Positions 47,010-64,000 of a DNA stretch of 64,000 bases are shown here, piece by piece; position 1 is the first letter of the stretch, and each line of letters starts with the position of its first letter. A program made the position numbers and the translations under genes. The notes under the pieces are model-generated. The model searched no databases. It was not told where the DNA came from and saw only the letters and a program-made list of their open reading frames with translations. The stretch lies in NCBI RefSeq assembly GCF_009914755.1, contig NC_060925.1. One strand, 5' to 3'. This DNA comes from the human T2T-CHM13v2.0 reference genome, Homo sapiens.

Positions 47010-47430
47010 TTTTTTTTTTTAAGGTTTTAAGGAACTGCCAGACTGTTTCCTAAAGTGGCTGAGGATTTAGCCTTCCCACCAGCAATGTTATGAGTGTTCT
47101 AATTTCTCGACATACTTGCTAACACTTATTTTCTGGTGTTTTTTTTTTTTTTAATTATAGCCATCCCAGTAGGTGTGAAGTGGTATCTCACTGTGGTTTT
47201 GATTTATTTCCCTAATGACTAATGATGTTGAGCATCCTTTTATGTTCTTATTGCCCATTTGTATATCTGCTTTGGAGAAATATCTGTTCAGATTCTTTGC
47301 CCATTTTTAAATGCAGTTATCTTTTTATTCTTTTATGAGTTGTTTAAATATATTTTGGATACTAGATCCTGATCAGAGATAAGATTTACAAATATTTCAT
47401 TCCCATTCTCTGAGTTGTCTTCTCACTTTT
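47010..47430 (-). mobile_element. L1M ORF2 3' fragment
   Basis: ggaactgccagactgtttcc...gtgtgaagtggtatctcactgtggttttgattt. Confidence 0.8.
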
Positions 47431-48877
47431 AAACTGATCTTTCTCATCTCTGCACTTCTTGCCACACACCCTATATTTATTTTGGAGCCCTCAGCTCAGT
47501 TTGTCCGAAGGCCTCAGCCTTGCCAGGGAACCTTCTGCATATTAAATCCATCTCATTATCCATAGCCCAAATAGATGGGAATAAGTGTCTATAGTTGAAA
47601 GATATGTAAAAGTTGGCACTCAATTGTCACAGATTTTTAACCAATTATTTCTTTGCATTGGTCTTAGATTGCTAATTGTCAGCTCCTTAGAAATAGAGAC
47701 TCTTTGTCATCCATCTTTTTTTTCTCAGCAAACCTAGAGCTGCTACTTCTAAAAAAATTCCTATTACATGCTCTTTATTATATGCTAGGTACTAAACTAT
47801 GCAATGCACACACATTAACTCATTTAATCCTAACAATGAACCTACAAGATAGCACAATTGTACTGTTTTTTTTTTTTTTTAGGAGAAAACAGACACAGAG
47901 TTGTTATATAATTTCCCGTAGGACACTGAGCTGATAAATGGGAAACTAGGACTTAAACAAAGGAAATCCAGCCTCATAAGCTGGCCTATATTGGTAATAT
48001 TGAATTTAATTTGAATTTGTGTTCAGTGGTGGTACTGCTAATGGTAGCAACCTAAAAAGACATCTTGGTAATGGTGAATAAAGCATTAGATTAATGATTT
48101 GGTTTACCCAGGTTTTAGTTCCATAGTTGTGACTAACTTGTCAAGTATTTAGACTGACATGTATCTGGGCCTTGGTGTGTTCATCTATAAGTGATGACAT
48201 AATAATGTAGTAGTGGTGATGCTGCTGCTGATGATTTTGCCTCCTATTCTGCATCCGTCACCTTGTTTTATGTTACCTCACAATAACAAGATAAAGTGGA
48301 CATATACATCCACACTATTATCTCTATTTTAAAAATGAAGAAACTGAAAACAAGCGACAGAACTGGAATAAGTGACTCCTTACCAGGATTCTTTTCACCC
48401 TGCCACTATTCATACACAAAATTGAAGGATAGAATTAGTTCTCCTACACCTCTAGAATGATGCTATAGTGACCATACTATATGGATATAGCTACTAAGTC
48501 AGTGAATAATTGAGGAGCCAAGATTCTAGAAAGAAAGAATATGCAGAAATGTTAGCTCGACTCTCACTTCTTTGCAGTTTCCTTGAGGAATTGTAATTTG
48601 TTGTTTGTAGTCTTTGGTCAAAAAAACTAATAAACTGAGAAGAGTATCTGGAAATTTCCATATGCTTAAGGGTTATATTCTCTGTGAAAGGGTAAAGTGG
48701 AAATAAATGAACCCTTCACAGAGACTAAAACTTCAAATTAATTTAATTTCTAGTTAGATTAATATGATCTTGCCCCTAGTCTAATTACCTGTCGAGAAGC
48801 AAAATAAAATATTCTCTAGAGGAAGATAATATAATCTAGAGTACCAATTTGTCTTTATATTTTTTTTCATATAGTAC

Positions 48878-49211
48878 TGGAGTAAGAAAACTACAGCCCA
48901 TCAGCCCACTACATGTTTTTGCATAGGCTGCAAGGGGTATACTAGTTTTTACAATTTTAAATAATTGAAAACAAATTTAAAAAATACTTTGTGACATGTG
49001 AAAGCTATGTAAAATTCAAATATAGTAAGCACACACAAAAACCCCAAAATTTTTTGAACCACAACCCCACTCATTCACTTATGTATAATCTATGGCTTCT
49101 TTTGTGCTACTATAGCAGAATTTAATAGTTGGAACAGGGACTTATGTATGATCCACAAACCCTAAATTATTAATTACTTGGCCCTTTTCAGGAAAGTGTG
49201 AGGATTTCTGA
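48878..49211 (+). mobile_element. MER58(B)-like hAT element
   Basis: aaactacagccca...ctcattcacttatgtataatctatggc...ttacttggcccttttcaggaaag. Confidence 0.65.
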
Positions 49212-49369
49212 TAGAGAGTGTCCAAGATGTAATAAAAATGCACCAGACATACCAGGATAAAAAACCAAAGATCTAAGACTCAACAAATTAAAAAAAAAAA
49301 CTCAATACAAACAAACCCATAAAATAATCATATTAAAGTTACAAAATACAAATTTAAGATAAATATGAC

Positions 49370-49872
49370 TGTGGCAGACACATTCTAAGGTGACCCATAA
49401 TGAGTCACACCCATGTATTCCCTTCATTTGAGTGTGGACAGAACTGTGACTTGCCTCTGTTCAATAGAATATGCCAAAGACAATGATATGTCTCACTCCC
49501 ATGCTTATATAACATTATATAAGAATTTATCATAACAGAATGGAGCAAGAATACTAACTTGCTGACTTTAAAGAATTAAGTGGCCATGTTTTAAGATAAC
49601 TTGTAACAGGGTGGTGTAGCAAGGAATATATGCAACTTCTAAGAACTAACAGTTTCAGCTGAAAGCCAATTCTGCCAACAACTACATGAGTTTGGAAGTG
49701 GATGCCAAACTCCATGAAGGAATACAGCTCTGCTGATGCTGATTGCAGGTGTGTGAGATCCTGAGCAGAGAACCCAGCTAAGCCATGCCTAGAACACCTG
49801 TCCAATGGAAATTTTGTGGCATTTTAAGCTACTAAACATGCTAATTTGTTATGCAGCAATAAAAACTACTAT
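49370..49872 (+). mobile_element. MaLR MLT1 (E/F-like) solo LTR
   Basis: Begins tgtggcagacacattctaaggtgaccc and ends taatttgttatgcagcaataaaaaactactata. Confidence 0.8.
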
Positions 49873-49874
49873 AA

Positions 49875-50599
49875 TGATTATTATGCTGAAAAAATAATGT
49901 AAGACAAATTTTCAAATCACAGCAGAGAATGAGAAATATTATTTAAAAATAAAGTGAAAACACTAGAAGTATAAAATATAATAAGAGAAACTAAGAACTT
50001 AATAGATGTTATAACACCACATTAGAAATAACTGGAGATAAAATCAGTGAATTGGAAGATGTGTCAGTAAAAAATACCTAGATTGAAGCACAGAGAAAAA
50101 AAAGTAGTGCAATATGTATAAAAGAGCGTAAGAAGCATATAGAACCCCAGGAAAAGGTCTAGCATATGTGTAATTAGACTACCAGATTAATAGGAGAGAT
50201 AGAATGTATCAGAAGCAATATACGAAGAAACAGTGGCCATGAATTTTTCAAACTTGAGGAAATCATTAAGACACAAATTCAAGAATCATCCTGAGTTGCC
50301 TACCAACAGGATAAATACATATTCAATGATACATAAAATTCATGTAGGCATATCAAATAAAACAACAGAAAAAAGAAAGATAGAAAGAAAAAGCCTTAAA
50401 AGGAGTTAGAGTAAAAGGACACGTTATTTTCAAGGACTAACTGTAAGGCTAATAATTGACCCATTAACAGCAGGAAAACAGAAATTAATGGAATGACATT
50501 TTTAACATACTGAAAGAAAACAACTACCAAGCTAGAATTCTATAATCAGGGAAAATATCCTTTCAAAAGGGAGACAAAAACAATAAGAGTTTTAGATAT

Positions 50600-50633
<34 letters not shown>

Positions 50634-50680
50634 AGAGAGAGAATTTGTCACCAGCAAACCTGAATTAAAAGAAACATGAA
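49875..50680 (+). mobile_element. Ancient L1M ORF1 region with an internal A-run (50602-50630)
   Basis: A-rich decayed ORF1: aaaatcagtgaattggaagat..., ctagaattctataatcagggaaaatatcctttcaaa, gaatttgtcaccagcaaacctg. Confidence 0.7.
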
Positions 50681-55491
<4,811 letters not shown>

Positions 55492-55494
55492 TTG

Positions 55495-58090
<2,596 letters not shown>

Positions 58091-58639
58091 ACCAAAGAAT
58101 GGAAAAATATATCATGTGAGTACTAAGCAAAAGAAGACTAATGTTTTATGTTAAAATAAGGCAAAAAGATAAAAATGTATTTAGGCTTATTTTGTGGCCT
58201 GACATATGGTATTGCTTGGAGAATATTCAAAAAATACTTGAAAAGAGAATGTATTCTCTCTTTTCTTAATGGAGTCTTTCATAAGTATCAAATCTGGATG
58301 GTTTGTAGTGTTTGTTCAAGTTTTCTATATCCTTACAGATTTTTCTTGTTCTACAAATTACTGAAATAGAATCACTGAAATCTTTCATTGTTGACTTGTC
58401 TATTTCTCCTTCCAAATCTATATTTTTTTTGCTTCAGGAATTTGAGGATCTGTTCTCAGGTGTATATACACATATAATTGTGTATTTTTCCAACATATTG
58501 ACTCTTTTATCACATCAAAATATATTTCTTTGTCTTTTTTTTTCAAAAAAACATAAATCTTTACTAAAATTATCAAGCATTGTCACAATGGTAATTGCCC
58601 TTGGCTAGTACTTAACCACACTTTTGTTTTTATTTCTTT

Positions 58640-59378
58640 TTTTATTATTATTATACTTTAAGTTCTAGGGTACATGTGCACAACGTGCAGGTTTGTTACA
58701 TATGTACACATGTGCCATGTTGATGTGCTGCACATCACACATGTACTGCACACTCGTCATGTACATTAGGTATATCTCCTAATGCTGTCCCTCCCCCCTC
58801 CCCTCACTCCATGACAGGCCCTGGTGTGTGGTGTTCCCCACCCTGGGTCCAAGTGTTCTCAATGTTCAATTCCCACCTGTAAGTGAGAACATGCGGTGTT
58901 TGGTTTTCTGTCCTTGCGATAGTTTGCTGAGAATGATGGTTTCCAGCTTCATCCATGTCCCTACAAAGGACATGAACTCATCCTTTTTTATGGCTGCATA
59001 GTATTCCATGGTGTATATGTGTCACATTTTCTTAATCCAGTCTATCATTGATGGACATTTGGGTTGGTTCCAAGTCTTTGCTATTGTGAATAGCACCACA
59101 ATAGACATACATGTGCATGTGTCTTTATAGCAGCATGATTTCTAATCCTTTGGGTATATACCCAGTAATGGGATGGCTGGGTCAAATGGTATTCCTAGTT
59201 CTAGATCCCTGAGGAATTGCCACACTGTCTTCCACAATGGTTGAGCTAGTTTACAGTCCCACCAGCAGTGTAAAAGTGTTCCTATTTCTCCACATCCTCT
59301 CCAGCACCTGTTGTTTCCTGACTTTTTAATGATCGCCATTCTAACTGGTGTGAGATGGTATCTCATTGTGGCTTTGAT
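58640..59378 (-). mobile_element. 5'-truncated L1PA4/5-like 3' end
   Basis: ttattattatactttaagttctagggtacatgtgcacaacgtgcagg... through to tctcattgtggctttgattt. Confidence 0.93.
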
Positions 59379-59690
<312 letters not shown>

Positions 59691-59734
59691 TAATATTCCA
59701 TGTCTGAAAAGTCTATTTTTGTTTGATGTTAATA

Positions 59735-62730
<2,996 letters not shown>

Positions 62731-62811
62731 AATAGCCACTTCAGCTCTCTTATGCTTACTGTTTGTATGATTTATTTATTTACAACCTTTCACTGTAAAA
62801 GTATTTATGTC

Positions 62812-63109
<298 letters not shown>

Positions 63110-63437
63110 TTATGTCTTTGATTCTAAAGTATATCTCTTATAGACAAAATATAGCCAGATCATGTTGTTTTATAAATCCAATCTGGTAATCTCTCTCTTT
63201 TAATTGGACCATTTAGTCCACTCACTTTTAATGTAATTTCTGATATGATTGAATCAATATCTTCCATTTTGTTATTTGTTTTCCATGTTTGATATATTTT
63301 CTATTCCTCTGTTCCCCTTTTACTGTTTTCTTTTCTGTTAAGCATATGATTTTCAACAGAAATTGAAGAAAAAATAACAGAATGCAATACATACACACAC
63401 ATTCCTTAATAATTACCTACTTATGTTACATAGGTAG

Positions 63438-63983
<546 letters not shown>

Positions 63984-64000
63984 GTTAGAATTTCTGTTTG

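Overview
Human (primate) genomic DNA, recognisable as the 1q23 FCER1A / OR10J neighbourhood. It is AT-rich and repeat-dense, with no CpG island. In order it contains: an L1 3' end; the MPTX1 mucosal pentraxin pseudogene exon (+); the OR10J2P olfactory receptor pseudogene (-); the complete FCER1A gene (+), with two distal non-coding exons about 18.4 and 12.6 kb upstream and five coding exons giving 257 aa; OR10J3 (-), whose 329-aa ORF has a TM7 frameshift; and a ~15 kb nested transposon cluster (L1PA, L1M, Tigger2, Alu, MaLR, MLT2). I found no convincing new gene system, CRISPR array or foreign insert. The most notable observations are: a uORF created only by the distal splice junction; a splice acceptor embedded in the proximal FCER1A promoter, which carries the -95/-66 C allele; the possibility that the distal FCER1A promoter is a divergent olfactory receptor promoter; the specific lesions in the three disabled genes; and several informative retrotransposition scars. 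Gene names and repeat subfamilies come from recall and motif recognition, not from database searches.
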